Notes under the pieces: generated by a model | The model's database searches: none | What the model was told of the DNA's origin: nothing | Seen by the model: only the letters and a program-made list of their open reading frames with translations | Shown here: piece after piece, positions 10,569 through 19,141 of the stretch | Layout of the letters: each line of letters starts with the position of its first letter | Numbering within the stretch: the stretch's first letter is position 1 | Assembly: GCA_964536485.1 (NCBI GenBank) | Contig: CAZHXX010000007.1 | Span: 1,937 to 65,936, forward strand | From: an uncultured Candidatus Saccharibacteria bacterium | GTDB lineage: Bacteria; Patescibacteriota; Saccharimonadia; Saccharimonadales; SZUA-47 | Direction: 5' to 3' | DNA: 64,000 bases | Made by a program: the position numbers and the translations under genes

Positions 10569-11033
10569 ATGGAGCGAACACTTATTATTCTCAAGCCAGA
10601 TGCAGTTCAACGAGGGCTCTCGGGTGAGATTATAAAGCGATTTGAACGAAAAGGCTTGAAGATTATTGGCTTAAAAATGATGACGCTTGATAGTGCAATG
10701 TTGCAAGCACACTATGCGCATCTAACAGATAAGCCGTTCTATAAGGGTCTTGAAGAGTTTATGAAAAGCTCACCTGTTATCGTGATGGCACTTGAAGGAT
10801 ATGAGTGCGTTAACTCTATTCGCATTATTCTTGGTGCAACAAACCCGCGTGAAGCAGATGCTGGGACGATACGTGGCGACTTAGCGATTGGAACGGGCAG
10901 AAATCTTGTGCATGCTTCGGACAGTAAAGAGAACGGTGAAATTGAAGTTGGACGATTCTTTAGTGATGAAGAACTATTCTTGTACGACAAGTCTGAGTAT
11001 TTGCAGGTCTACGAAACTCACGAACGCGAGTAA
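10569..11033 (+). CDS. ndk: nucleoside diphosphate kinase
   Basis: MERTLIILKPDAVQRGL..., NLVHASDS active-site His region, 154 aa. Confidence 0.9.
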   Translation: MERTLIILKPDAVQRGLSGEIIKRFERKGLKIIGLKMMTLDSAMLQAHYAHLTDKPFYKGLEEFMKSSPVIVMALEGYECVNSIRIILGATNPREADAGTIRGDLAIGTGRNLVHASDSKENGEIEVGRFFSDEELFLYDKSEYLQVYETHERE

Positions 11034-11078
11034 ATAGTTTACAGATGAGACTTAACAGGCTACAGTAGTACCGAGTAA

Positions 11079-11259
11079 GCCCCTGTAGTTCAATGGATAA
11101 AACAATTCTGCACCTCAAGGAAAAGCTCTACTGGCGAACACAGCCAGTGGCTGTGTGAGTTTTCCTTGCTTGGCTGAGCGAAATGCCCTTGGCATTTTTG
11201 CGAACAAAATGGCGCGACTCTTTAGAGTCGAACCTGTTATCATGGATAGTGTTGGAGAT
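11079..11259 (+). pseudogene. truncated 5' copy of tRNA-Arg (52 nt) followed by a 129-nt hairpin-rich spacer
   Basis: 11079-11130 matches the first ~50 nt of the downstream tRNA-Arg except in the anticodon loop (8-9 nt, disrupted). No T-arm or acceptor 3' strand is present. The spacer has three perfect hairpins: CACAGCC-AGT-GGCTGTG, AAATGCC-CTT-GGCATTT and CGACTC-TTTA-GAGTCG. Confidence 0.55.
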
Positions 11260-11334
11260 GCCCCTGTAGTTCAATGGATAAAACAATTCCGTCCTAAGGA
11301 AAAGCTCTAGGTTCGACTCCTGGCGGGGGCACCA
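11260..11334 (+). tRNA. tRNA-Arg (anticodon CCT)
   Basis: Hand-folded cloverleaf: acceptor GCCCCTG/CGGGGGC, anticodon loop GTCCTAA, T-arm CTAGG-TTCGACT-CCTGG, encoded CCA. Confidence 0.85.
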
Positions 11335-11376
11335 ACATATTAGAACTTCAGTTAGCTTTAGCGTAATATAGAGAGT

Positions 11377-11916
11377 ATGGCAACGAACGCCTTTAAGGGC
11401 CAATACGACGAAGAAGAAGTCTTGCTGATGTTTCGTAAGCATCCTGTCGTGATGCGTCGTGGTCTTATTTATTTTATGTTTGCGATATTGCTGGGAACGG
11501 TTCCCTCGTTCATTAAGCCTGAGCTTTCTTATTTTTATGCAGGGATAGGTGGCGGATTTATTCTGGGTATTATCGTGATGTTTCCCTCTTGGGTATATTG
11601 GTACTTTAGCGTCAATATAATGACTGACCAACGGTTTATACAGATTGTACAGAAAGGCTTTTTTAAGAAGCGATATTCAGATATTGCACTTAAACAAATA
11701 CAATCGGTGAATTATGAGGTGGTTGGGGTGCAGGAGACATTGCTGGGGTTTGGTACAATTATCATACAGACGTATCTTGGTGATATTGTCATAAACGATG
11801 TGCACAAACCGCAAGAGACCACAAAAGAACTGTCACTTATACTGCGGGATCATGGAAACATCAGCGACACAGCTGACGAAGCAGAAAAAGTAAGCCACGA
11901 AAGATTGAGGCAATAG
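11377..11916 (+). CDS. membrane protein with bacterial PH (YdbS/YdbT-like) domain
   Basis: Two TM helices followed by a DQRFIQI...GFGTIIIQT segment typical of bPH_2 domains. Confidence 0.5.
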   Translation: MATNAFKGQYDEEEVLLMFRKHPVVMRRGLIYFMFAILLGTVPSFIKPELSYFYAGIGGGFILGIIVMFPSWVYWYFSVNIMTDQRFIQIVQKGFFKKRYSDIALKQIQSVNYEVVGVQETLLGFGTIIIQTYLGDIVINDVHKPQETTKELSLILRDHGNISDTADEAEKVSHERLRQ

Positions 11917-12980
11917 TGAAGAAGAAACTGCAACAATTACGAGAGAAACGACTGGCAAAAAAAGAGCTTGCTGAGTCGGGCGTGATTCCGCGCATAACAA
12001 ACGAGAATGTGGCTGAGCACCGTGAGGAAATATTGTCTGGTGCACGCAAGTACATTTATCCCCTGCAACACTCTAAGCACCGCATTATACTGCTCACTAC
12101 TTCTCTTGTTATTGCGACAATTTTAATTTTTACTTCTAGTACGGTGTATTTTCTCTATCGCAAGCAGTCGTCTTCTAGCTTTATGTACCAAGTGACTAAG
12201 GTGCTTCCTTTTCCGGTAGCGAGAACTGGCAATACTTTTGTTGCGTACGAAAACTATCTCTTTGAGCTACGTCACTACATCCACTATTACGAAACTCAGC
12301 AGAAGTTAAGCTTTGAGACAGAGGCGGGGCAGGACCAACTGTCTGCTTATAAAAAGCGTGCACTCGATGATGTGGTGAACATGGCATATACAAAAATGAT
12401 TGCCAAGGAACGCGGAGTAAGTGTGACTGAGCAAGAGATTGATGAGCAAATACGAATTGCTAAAGAGCAAAAAAGACTTGGGAGCAACGAGGCGATTTTT
12501 GAAGATGTGTTGCGAGAGTATTGGGACTGGACGATAACCGATTTTCGACGAAGTTTACGCGATGAATTGCTGATTCAAAAAGTGACTCGCTCTCTTGATG
12601 AGGAGGCTGACAAGCGAGCAAGCGAAGCGCTTGCAAAGCTTGCTGGAGGCGAAGACTTTGGTGCAGTTGCAAAGCAATATTCTGATGAGGAATCGACGAG
12701 GGATGCGGGGGGTGAATTCGGTGAAGTAGACCCATCTAACCGCAACGTTTCGCAACAAACTGTTGATACCTTGTTGCGACTGAACGTGGGGCAATACTCG
12801 GATGTAAAAGTGATCCCTTATGAGACAGGATATGCACTCGAGATTGTGAAGAATCTAGAGAAGAAGGGGAGTGGGGCACGAGGTGCTCGTATCATTTTCC
12901 GATTGAAGGATTTGGAAGCTACGTTGAATGATCGTAAGGATAAGCAACCTTATCGGATGTATATTTCTTTGCCTAATTGA
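11916..12980 (+). CDS. peptidyl-prolyl isomerase, SurA-N/parvulin (PpiC) type, membrane anchored
   Basis: GTG start, one TM helix, C-terminal parvulin-like FGAVAKQYSDEESTRDAGGEFGEV...GYALEIV. Confidence 0.65.
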   Translation: MKKKLQQLREKRLAKKELAESGVIPRITNENVAEHREEILSGARKYIYPLQHSKHRIILLTTSLVIATILIFTSSTVYFLYRKQSSSSFMYQVTKVLPFPVARTGNTFVAYENYLFELRHYIHYYETQQKLSFETEAGQDQLSAYKKRALDDVVNMAYTKMIAKERGVSVTEQEIDEQIRIAKEQKRLGSNEAIFEDVLREYWDWTITDFRRSLRDELLIQKVTRSLDEEADKRASEALAKLAGGEDFGAVAKQYSDEESTRDAGGEFGEVDPSNRNVSQQTVDTLLRLNVGQYSDVKVIPYETGYALEIVKNLEKKGSGARGARIIFRLKDLEATLNDRKDKQPYRMYISLPN

Positions 12981-13030
12981 TAAATTAGAGATATTTACGT
13001 AGCTTTTAAAAGCTATTGGTAAAAACTTCT

Positions 13031-13572
13031 TCTCGCTTCATTTTCGGCAGTGCTTATCAGCACTTTGCACGAGTTGCAGTGGGCGATGCCTGCCCCCACC
13101 CAGCCATACTTTTGTTTGCAGGTGCAAAAGTATGCAAAAACCCCGCAGCATGCAAGAAAAGCACGATTGGCTTCTTTACAGAAATGAAGCGTTCCTTGCG
13201 GAACGCTCTAAAGAGCGGTCAGAATAGTTACTGAAAGAGAGTATTCTGACAAGTCCTCGGAAATGACTCCCTTCATTTCTGCAAAGAAGCCATCGGTTTT
13301 CTTGCGGTGCTGGAGAGCTACAGAGCTACTGTAGCCTAACCAGCCTTTAACAATAAGACTGATGCCATACAGAGAAATGACAACGAATCATTTCCGAGGA
13401 CTAGTCAAAAGTCTTCTTATTTAATAACTACTTTTGACCGCTTGTGTTCCGCAAGGAACGCTGTCATTTCTCTGTATGGCAATCATGTTCTTATTGTAGG
13501 CTGCGGGGCGTTTTGGGTACTTTTGGACCTGTAGCTAAAAGTACCGCTGGGTTAAAGGGCAGCAAAGCCCTT
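13031..13572 (+). repeat. structured repeat locus R1: inverted dimer of two repeat units (13031-13325 forward, 13338-13572 reverse)
   Basis: Central hairpin GCTACAG-agcta-CTGTAGC at 13317-13337. Each arm folds into its own long branched hairpin. Homologous to loci at 17.6, 32.3, 34.2, 37.7 and 38.8 kb. Confidence 0.85.
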
Positions 13573-13690
13573 TTTCTTGATGAAGCTGACAACAGCTTTT
13601 CACGGGGTCTTGTAATTAACACCTTAGGATGGTACTATTATTCGAGTTTCAAGATGTAGTTTCTGTACTATATCTCGCAACAATAAACGC

Positions 13691-13767
13691 GGGCTCGTGG
13701 TGTAGTGGCCTAACATGCCTCCCTGTCACGGAGGAGATCGCCGGTTCAAATCCGGTCGGGCCCGCCA
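13691..13767 (+). tRNA. tRNA-Asp (anticodon GTC)
   Basis: Acceptor GGGCTCG/CGGGCCC, anticodon stem-loop CCTCC-CTGTCAC-GGAGG, T-loop TTCAAAT, discriminator G, encoded CCA. Confidence 0.85.
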
Positions 13768-13939
13768 AGACAAAAGTCTCATGCATTGCATGGGGCTTTT
13801 TTCTTGGGCAGACACTCGTCTGCGATTTGAACCGAAAGTCGGCGTAGCCGCGGTTCATAATTCTCGATTAGAGAATTATATGCAGAGCCTGAGAAATCCT
13901 TCAGTAAGTAATTAAAGATTTCCCAGCGCGAAGCCATAC

Positions 13940-13955
13940 ATCCGGTCGGGCCCGC
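13940..13955 (+). repeat. 16-nt direct repeat of the tRNA-Asp 3' end (att-like scar)
   Basis: ATCCGGTCGGGCCCGC is identical to 13750-13765 inside the tRNA. Confidence 0.7.
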
Positions 13956-13997
13956 TAAGTGGACAAAAATTACTATACATGGTACTATATTTTTTTT

Positions 13998-14543
13998 ATG
14001 AGTTATATAGAGGTTGTTGGTTTTGTGCCTGAGTCGCTTCGATCTGTTATGTCGCAGCCTTTGCCCAATTGGACGATAAGCGCCGAGAATCCTCTGTTAA
14101 AATTGTACTCAGGCGTATATCACAGTAACGATGAATTGAGAAATGGGCAACGAGCGGGACGGTATGAAGATGAGTTGGGCGGAGAGTATGTTGATTTATT
14201 TAACTCAGTAGCTAACATTGGACATATTTCTTGTTCTCGAGCAGCATATGTACAGATCGACCTTGTGCAAGGACCAGCAAGTGAAATTGGTAATCAGCTT
14301 GGATGGCATACAGACGAGGGGCTACATTACCAAAGATTAGTAGTGTGTGACAAGTATGGAACACTGTACGGTTCAAGAGAAGCGCCAATCACAACACCGG
14401 ACTATGGCATTTTGAGTTTTGACGACGAAGCTCTGCATAAACCAAATTTAGGGCCTGAACACGAAGTAAAAACAAGATTACAGGTGACATCAGTGCCTAG
14501 ATCGCCTAGCAGATTATTTGAAACCAGATTTAGTATGGACTAG
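13998..14543 (+). CDS. hypothetical protein (possible Fe(II)/2OG-oxygenase-like HxD motif)
   Basis: ORF 13959-14543; ATG at 13998 preferred. GWHTDEG motif only, function not supported further. Confidence 0.45.
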   Translation: MSYIEVVGFVPESLRSVMSQPLPNWTISAENPLLKLYSGVYHSNDELRNGQRAGRYEDELGGEYVDLFNSVANIGHISCSRAAYVQIDLVQGPASEIGNQLGWHTDEGLHYQRLVVCDKYGTLYGSREAPITTPDYGILSFDDEALHKPNLGPEHEVKTRLQVTSVPRSPSRLFETRFSMD

Positions 14544-14584
14544 AGCATTGTTGCCTATGACGAAATAGCTGTAGACTTCTTTTC

Positions 14585-15181
14585 TTACAGCTCGTCTATT
14601 ACGGAGCTTGAGGCGTGGGGTAGCTGGTCGAGCATGAAGGCTTGGTCAAACCAGATGCTCGAAGCGGGATCTCTCAAGAAGCGTTCGGCATCCTCTATGA
14701 TTTCTAGCTGAGGGCCTGCATAGTTTCTTAGTGCCGTAAATTCTTCTGCACAGGTGCTGAGGTTTGTCCACGCGAGCTGGACTACCGGCATTTCCTCGCC
14801 CGTACTATCGTCAAAAACAGTCGTTAGACATTCTCTCGCCAAAGGGAAAAAGTAATTAGGGCTGTCTCGGAAAAGAGTTACGTAGCGACGGACCCTTTGG
14901 ACTTCTTCAGTAGCAGATTTAACTCCACGTTTATGACGACGACATGGATCTACATTCGCATAATTTGCGATGAACGAGAAGACATATTCTTCTGCCATTG
15001 CGTGTGGTGGCAAACCTTGGTCACCAGCATACCAGTGAACGAGCTCTCGGTCAGATTGACTCAATGTGGCAAAATAGGACGTTGCCTCTCCGTGCTCGCT
15101 CGCATCTGGGTATTCACCAAGAGGATTAGCATGAATAAGAGTTTCATATGAAGGGAAGTGACTGTCAACTATAGAACTCAT
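14585..15181 (-). CDS. hypothetical protein
   Basis: 198-aa ORF with no recognisable motif. Confidence 0.55.
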   Translation of the reverse strand: MSSIVDSHFPSYETLIHANPLGEYPDASEHGEATSYFATLSQSDRELVHWYAGDQGLPPHAMAEEYVFSFIANYANVDPCRRHKRGVKSATEEVQRVRRYVTLFRDSPNYFFPLARECLTTVFDDSTGEEMPVVQLAWTNLSTCAEEFTALRNYAGPQLEIIEDAERFLRDPASSIWFDQAFMLDQLPHASSSVIDEL

Positions 15182-15255
15182 TTATGCATAATAGCTATAT
15201 AGTTGCTAGCTTGTCAAACATAAGCTATTTAAAGGAGCTTATGTGGGAAAAGTCT

Positions 15256-15993
15256 CTACCATTCTGAAGCACGCCCGAAGGCGGTATAAGCGATAATTGT
15301 TGCATTACCAAATGGCTCGGTAGGCAAAATGCCATATGCTGTAGGTCGGATAAAATCATCTGCTTGAAGATCGTTACGAGGTGCTTGGGCAATGTAGGCA
15401 AGAACTGTCACTCCACTTGCAACTGCTGAATGTGTCATGTTTTCTGGGACATGGAAATAAGTGTCTTCTTGACCTTCACTCAGGTCGGCAACAGCAGCTT
15501 GAACAGCTCCTCTGCCGCTCAATAGAACTGCTGCCCCGTAGACTGTGTGCCCGAGCCCGGATTGAGTCGTATCAGTCTTGATGTTCAGATTAAGGACATC
15601 GATGTTCCGACGCGCGAGAAGGTATAGTTCTGCAGGGTCGGTGTTTGGTGCAAATGCGTATTGTTCGTGTGGTGCTTCTTCCGGTTGAAGAGCAACCATT
15701 GGCTCTCCTGAAAGATGCTCAAGCGCGACTGTTGCTACTTGCAAAATGTGCGCTGTTTGTTCAGGGCGAAGCTGTCTTAGCGATTCTGACGTTCTCCATC
15801 GTCTGGAATCTAGTGAAGTAAGCGTGTCTTGCAAGCTCGGGTCAACGAGACTAGCCGAGTTCAAAAAAGGGTTTGCATCAAGCAGTGCCATTGGTAGTTC
15901 TCGCCCAAGTTTTGCAAAAACTTCTGCTGGGTTCTCTCCAGGCAGTTGTTGGTTGACATGTAGGGTAGGGATTGTTTCTAATTTGTTCGTCAT
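15256..15993 (-). CDS. hypothetical protein
   Basis: 245-aa ORF with no recognisable motif. Confidence 0.55.
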   Translation of the reverse strand: MTNKLETIPTLHVNQQLPGENPAEVFAKLGRELPMALLDANPFLNSASLVDPSLQDTLTSLDSRRWRTSESLRQLRPEQTAHILQVATVALEHLSGEPMVALQPEEAPHEQYAFAPNTDPAELYLLARRNIDVLNLNIKTDTTQSGLGHTVYGAAVLLSGRGAVQAAVADLSEGQEDTYFHVPENMTHSAVASGVTVLAYIAQAPRNDLQADDFIRPTAYGILPTEPFGNATIIAYTAFGRASEW

Positions 15994-16068
15994 AATGAAA
16001 GACTATACAATATATGTAATTATCGTCAAAACATTATTCTAACTTCATTACTAGTAAGCAAGCTGATT

Positions 16069-16296
16069 TTAGGCAGCTAGATTTTGGTCCGTTTGGTGAC
16101 CTCGAAAATGTTCACTCATGTGTACCGGTGCTTCAGATGGTGCAGTAAGCGCAGCACCTCCCGCCCAGCCTGCGATTCTCTTTACTCTCTCCCAGACTGG
16201 CAATCTGTCCTGTTCGCCCGTAGAGAGGCCATAGAACGCCCCTAATCTAAAACCATTTTCGTTGTAGCCCAAGTATTCTCCTGCGCGATTTTTCAT
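16069..16296 (-). CDS. hypothetical small protein
   Basis: 75-aa ORF. GGAGAA-type RBS region upstream. Confidence 0.4.
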   Translation of the reverse strand: MKNRAGEYLGYNENGFRLGAFYGLSTGEQDRLPVWERVKRIAGWAGGAALTAPSEAPVHMSEHFRGHQTDQNLAA

Positions 16297-16551
16297 ATTT
16301 TCGTTCTCCTTCTATTTGTGCAAAAGAAAACTCCCCGGTTTGGTTCCGGGGAGTTGTTTTGCTTTGTTGATTATTTGTTGGCTACAAAGAAATACACTCC
16401 CCGTGGGTCTTAATAATGAGCACCGCAACTTGTGTATTACAATTGATAACCATACGAGACTAGGTTACGCCTCGAGTTTGGTGATGTCAACAATTTGTAT
16501 TTGTGGGATTTATCACAAAATTTTTTGTGACACAGGTGTATAAAGATAGGT

Positions 16552-16905
16552 ATGCTACCAGATTCTGTGAGCTGGGGAAGAGGGATAGACAAGCCACTGC
16601 TTGTTTTTAAACCAGACACTTTAGGTGGTCATTTTGAAGGGGTATTAGGGACGTCCCCACCTATCACAGGCGATAGGCTTGCCGTAAATGGATTTACGCG
16701 GGAGCAGGCAAGGTTTATAGAAGCTGCGATACAGCACGGAACCGTTGGTACTGAAGTTGTAGGTGTTATCGTGTCTAGCAGGCTGAAGGCTTGCGCAGAA
16801 GTCGCTGGTACTTATGCGCTCCAGAATTGTACAGTCTCAATTTTGAATGGTAATTTACGTGCTACGGGGCTTTCGGGAACAGAAATTGTTGAAGTAAATG
16901 ACTAG
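16552..16905 (+). CDS. hypothetical protein
   Basis: 117-aa ORF. Confidence 0.45.
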   Translation: MLPDSVSWGRGIDKPLLVFKPDTLGGHFEGVLGTSPPITGDRLAVNGFTREQARFIEAAIQHGTVGTEVVGVIVSSRLKACAEVAGTYALQNCTVSILNGNLRATGLSGTEIVEVND

Positions 16906-16957
16906 CAATTAGTGAAAGCATTCTTGGTGCTGATTTTTCTTGCTATGATTAAGGGCG

Positions 16958-17518
16958 ATGAAACGATTTTTGATTTTACACGGTACTGACGGAAGCCCAA
17001 ACGCAAACTGGTTTATGTGGTTGAAGGGTGTACTAATAGGTATGGGCTACCAAGTTTGGCTCCCGCAACTTCCCGGAGCAGAAGCGCCAGATGCAAAGAA
17101 ATATACAGAGTTTTTGCTGGCAAATAAGTCGTTTGTGTTTGATGATGAAACAATTGTGGTCGGGCATTCTTCTGGTGCGGTTGAGATATTGCACTTGCTT
17201 CAGAATTTGCCTGAAGGGTCAAAGATAAAGGCAGCAGTTTTGGTTGCAACGTTTAAAGACGATCTTGGGTGGGATTCATTAACCGGGATGTTTGAAGAGC
17301 CTTTAGATTTTGATGCTATAAAAATGCATTGCGGTAGATTTGTGTTTTTGCACTCTGATGATGACCCTTATTGCCCAGTAGCACATGCTGAATATTTGGT
17401 CGGCAAAACGGGTGGGGAATTGGCTTTGTTTGAGGGGCAGGGACATTTTAATACTGAGCTGAGTCATAGGTATCGGCAGTTTCCTGCACTTTTGGATGTT
17501 ATTAAAGAGATACTTTAG
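16958..17518 (+). CDS. alpha/beta serine hydrolase, YdeN/RBBP9-like
   Basis: ILHGTDGSPNANWF, nucleophile elbow GHSSG, later FLHSDDDPYCP and GHFN. Confidence 0.6.
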   Translation: MKRFLILHGTDGSPNANWFMWLKGVLIGMGYQVWLPQLPGAEAPDAKKYTEFLLANKSFVFDDETIVVGHSSGAVEILHLLQNLPEGSKIKAAVLVATFKDDLGWDSLTGMFEEPLDFDAIKMHCGRFVFLHSDDDPYCPVAHAEYLVGKTGGELALFEGQGHFNTELSHRYRQFPALLDVIKEIL

Positions 17519-17612
17519 CGGGCTTTTTCCCTATGACTACTCTCATCTCGTAGCTTCTACGGGCTTTTCTTGTACGCATCCACCTCGTTTTTAATTGCAA
17601 AAACCTAAAAAA

Positions 17613-18142
17613 GGGCTTTGCTGCCCTTTGACCCTGCGGTACTTTTAGCTTCAGGTCCAAAAGTACCCAAAACGCCCCGCACCCAGGATAAAAAACACAA
17701 CTCATGCCAGATACCAGTATCTTCCGCGCTGTGAGGACGACAAGCGCCCAAAAGTAGTTATCTAAAAGAAGACTTTTGGGTTAAGCTCATTGCTCGACTC
17801 GTAAGACACTGATTGCCATGAATCAGTTTTTTAGAGGGTGTGTAGCTACAGTAGCCACATCAGCACCGCAAGAAAACCGATGGCTTCTTTACAGAAATGA
17901 AGAGAATCATTTCCGAGGACTTGTCAGAATACTCTCTTTCAGTAACTATTCTGACCGCTCTTTAGAGCGTTCCGCAAGGAACGCTTCATTTCTGTAAAGA
18001 AGCCAATCGTGCTTTTCTTGCATGCTGCAGGGTTTTTGCTTACTTTTGCACCTGGAGGTAAAAGTAAGGCTGGGTGTGGGCAGGCATCGCCCACTGCAAC
18101 TCGTGCAAAGTGCTGAAAGCACTGCCGAAAATGAGGTGAGAA
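17613..18142 (-). repeat. structured repeat locus R2: inverted dimer, reverse complement of R1
   Basis: 17860-18142 is the near-identical reverse complement of 13031-13325. 17613-17690 is the reverse complement of 13500-13572. Confidence 0.85.
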
Positions 18143-18249
18143 GCGTACTCAATTCTTGTAGGCTGTGCATGTGTCGCTCACTTGCTCTAGGGCATTAACA
18201 ATCAAGAATAATTATTGAAAAAAACGTAAATTATAGTATAATAATTTTA

Positions 18250-18786
18250 ATGAGTAACTCAGTGAACTATTTTGGCTATGGAGCTAACAGTGAAGCACGC
18301 GCTATTGCTGCTATTACCGGCCGTGAGGAAGCTACTCTGCAAGGTACCCCAGCAAGATTGCGTTCCTATGGGTTGGCAATTCAGTGTTTAGTAGACGTGC
18401 CCGATTCTTTGAGCCAAGAGTCTTTTTTGCCAGTATCTCCGCAAGATTTGTTGCGAAAAAACTGGGGTGAAAAGTTTTCTAGCTATGTTATTTACCCCAA
18501 AATGGGAAGCTTTGTATTCGGTAGAATATGGGAGTTAACGCGCGACGAGCGTGAGCGTATACGCGATTTTGAGCTGGTGGGTGATTGGTACAGGGATGCC
18601 GTTGGCGTTGCTGAAACAGATGGTGGCTTAGTAACAGTTGTCACCGAAGCACTTGGTGATGGGCAAAACTATGGGAACGAGGCATATGGCCTTGACTATA
18701 ACCCATGGCTACAAACAGCAGAAGAGTTTGAAAAAGTAGCTGCTAGTGTTCGTGCCTCTTATGATGCGAGAATGGGAAATGCCTAA
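18250..18786 (+). CDS. gamma-glutamylcyclotransferase (AIG2/GGACT)-like protein
   Basis: N-terminal NYFGYGANS (YFxYGSN-type motif) and GRIWELT. Confidence 0.4.
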   Translation: MSNSVNYFGYGANSEARAIAAITGREEATLQGTPARLRSYGLAIQCLVDVPDSLSQESFLPVSPQDLLRKNWGEKFSSYVIYPKMGSFVFGRIWELTRDERERIRDFELVGDWYRDAVGVAETDGGLVTVVTEALGDGQNYGNEAYGLDYNPWLQTAEEFEKVAASVRASYDARMGNA

Positions 18787-19090
18787 AGAACGGCATCCTT
18801 TTTGGAACGGACTTCCTCGAGAAAAAATCGAAACTCTGCTTGGTGAATGTGGTGAAGCGGTAGTTACAAAAGTGGATGTTGTAGCAGAAGAGAAAACTCT
18901 AGAACTCCCTACCATTTTGGTTGGTGTAGACTGTCTGAAATATCCTAATGGGGAGACACTCCACGAACCTTTTGCAGTATTTGACGAGTTAGATCGTGAA
19001 GAACGAGCACCTCTTGTACTCAAAACGGCAAGAGTAAAGCTTTGTTTACTCTGCGAAGGCTGTGAATTCCGTTTGGATAAGAATCAGTAA
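18779..19090 (+). CDS. hypothetical protein
   Basis: ORF 18746-19090. The ATG at 18779 overlaps the upstream stop. Confidence 0.45.
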   Translation: MPKERHPFWNGLPREKIETLLGECGEAVVTKVDVVAEEKTLELPTILVGVDCLKYPNGETLHEPFAVFDELDREERAPLVLKTARVKLCLLCEGCEFRLDKNQ

Positions 19091-19141
19091 CAACTAGGAG
19101 TAGGTATCTTTTATATTTAGACTGTTAGCTGAGCGGGGAAG

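Noticed and set aside
9486-11334. XerC/D-like recombinase plus the neighbouring tRNA-Arg duplication as a classic integrase/att pair of an integrated element
   Set aside because: The recombinase looks like the housekeeping XerC/XerD type. ndk lies between it and the tRNA. The duplicated part is the tRNA 5' portion with only 129 nt of insert. There is no island cargo, so the link is unsupported.
11128-11631. 167-aa minus-strand ORF
   Set aside because: It runs antisense across the tRNA-Arg gene and the start of 11377-11916 and has no supporting motif. It is spurious.
13016-13234. 60-75-aa ORFs inside the repeat units (13016-13234 +, 17946-18170 -, 37726-37908 +, 38897-39124 -), two of which share ...SFSAV..LCT..GRCLPTPSLTF..RCKSKQK..
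   Set aside because: The shared peptide simply reflects DNA homology. An indel (CCCCC in one copy, CCCAC in another) shifts the frame in the R1 copy. The variable positions are compensatory stem changes rather than synonymous changes. There are no RBSs. The units are better explained by nucleic-acid structure than by coding.
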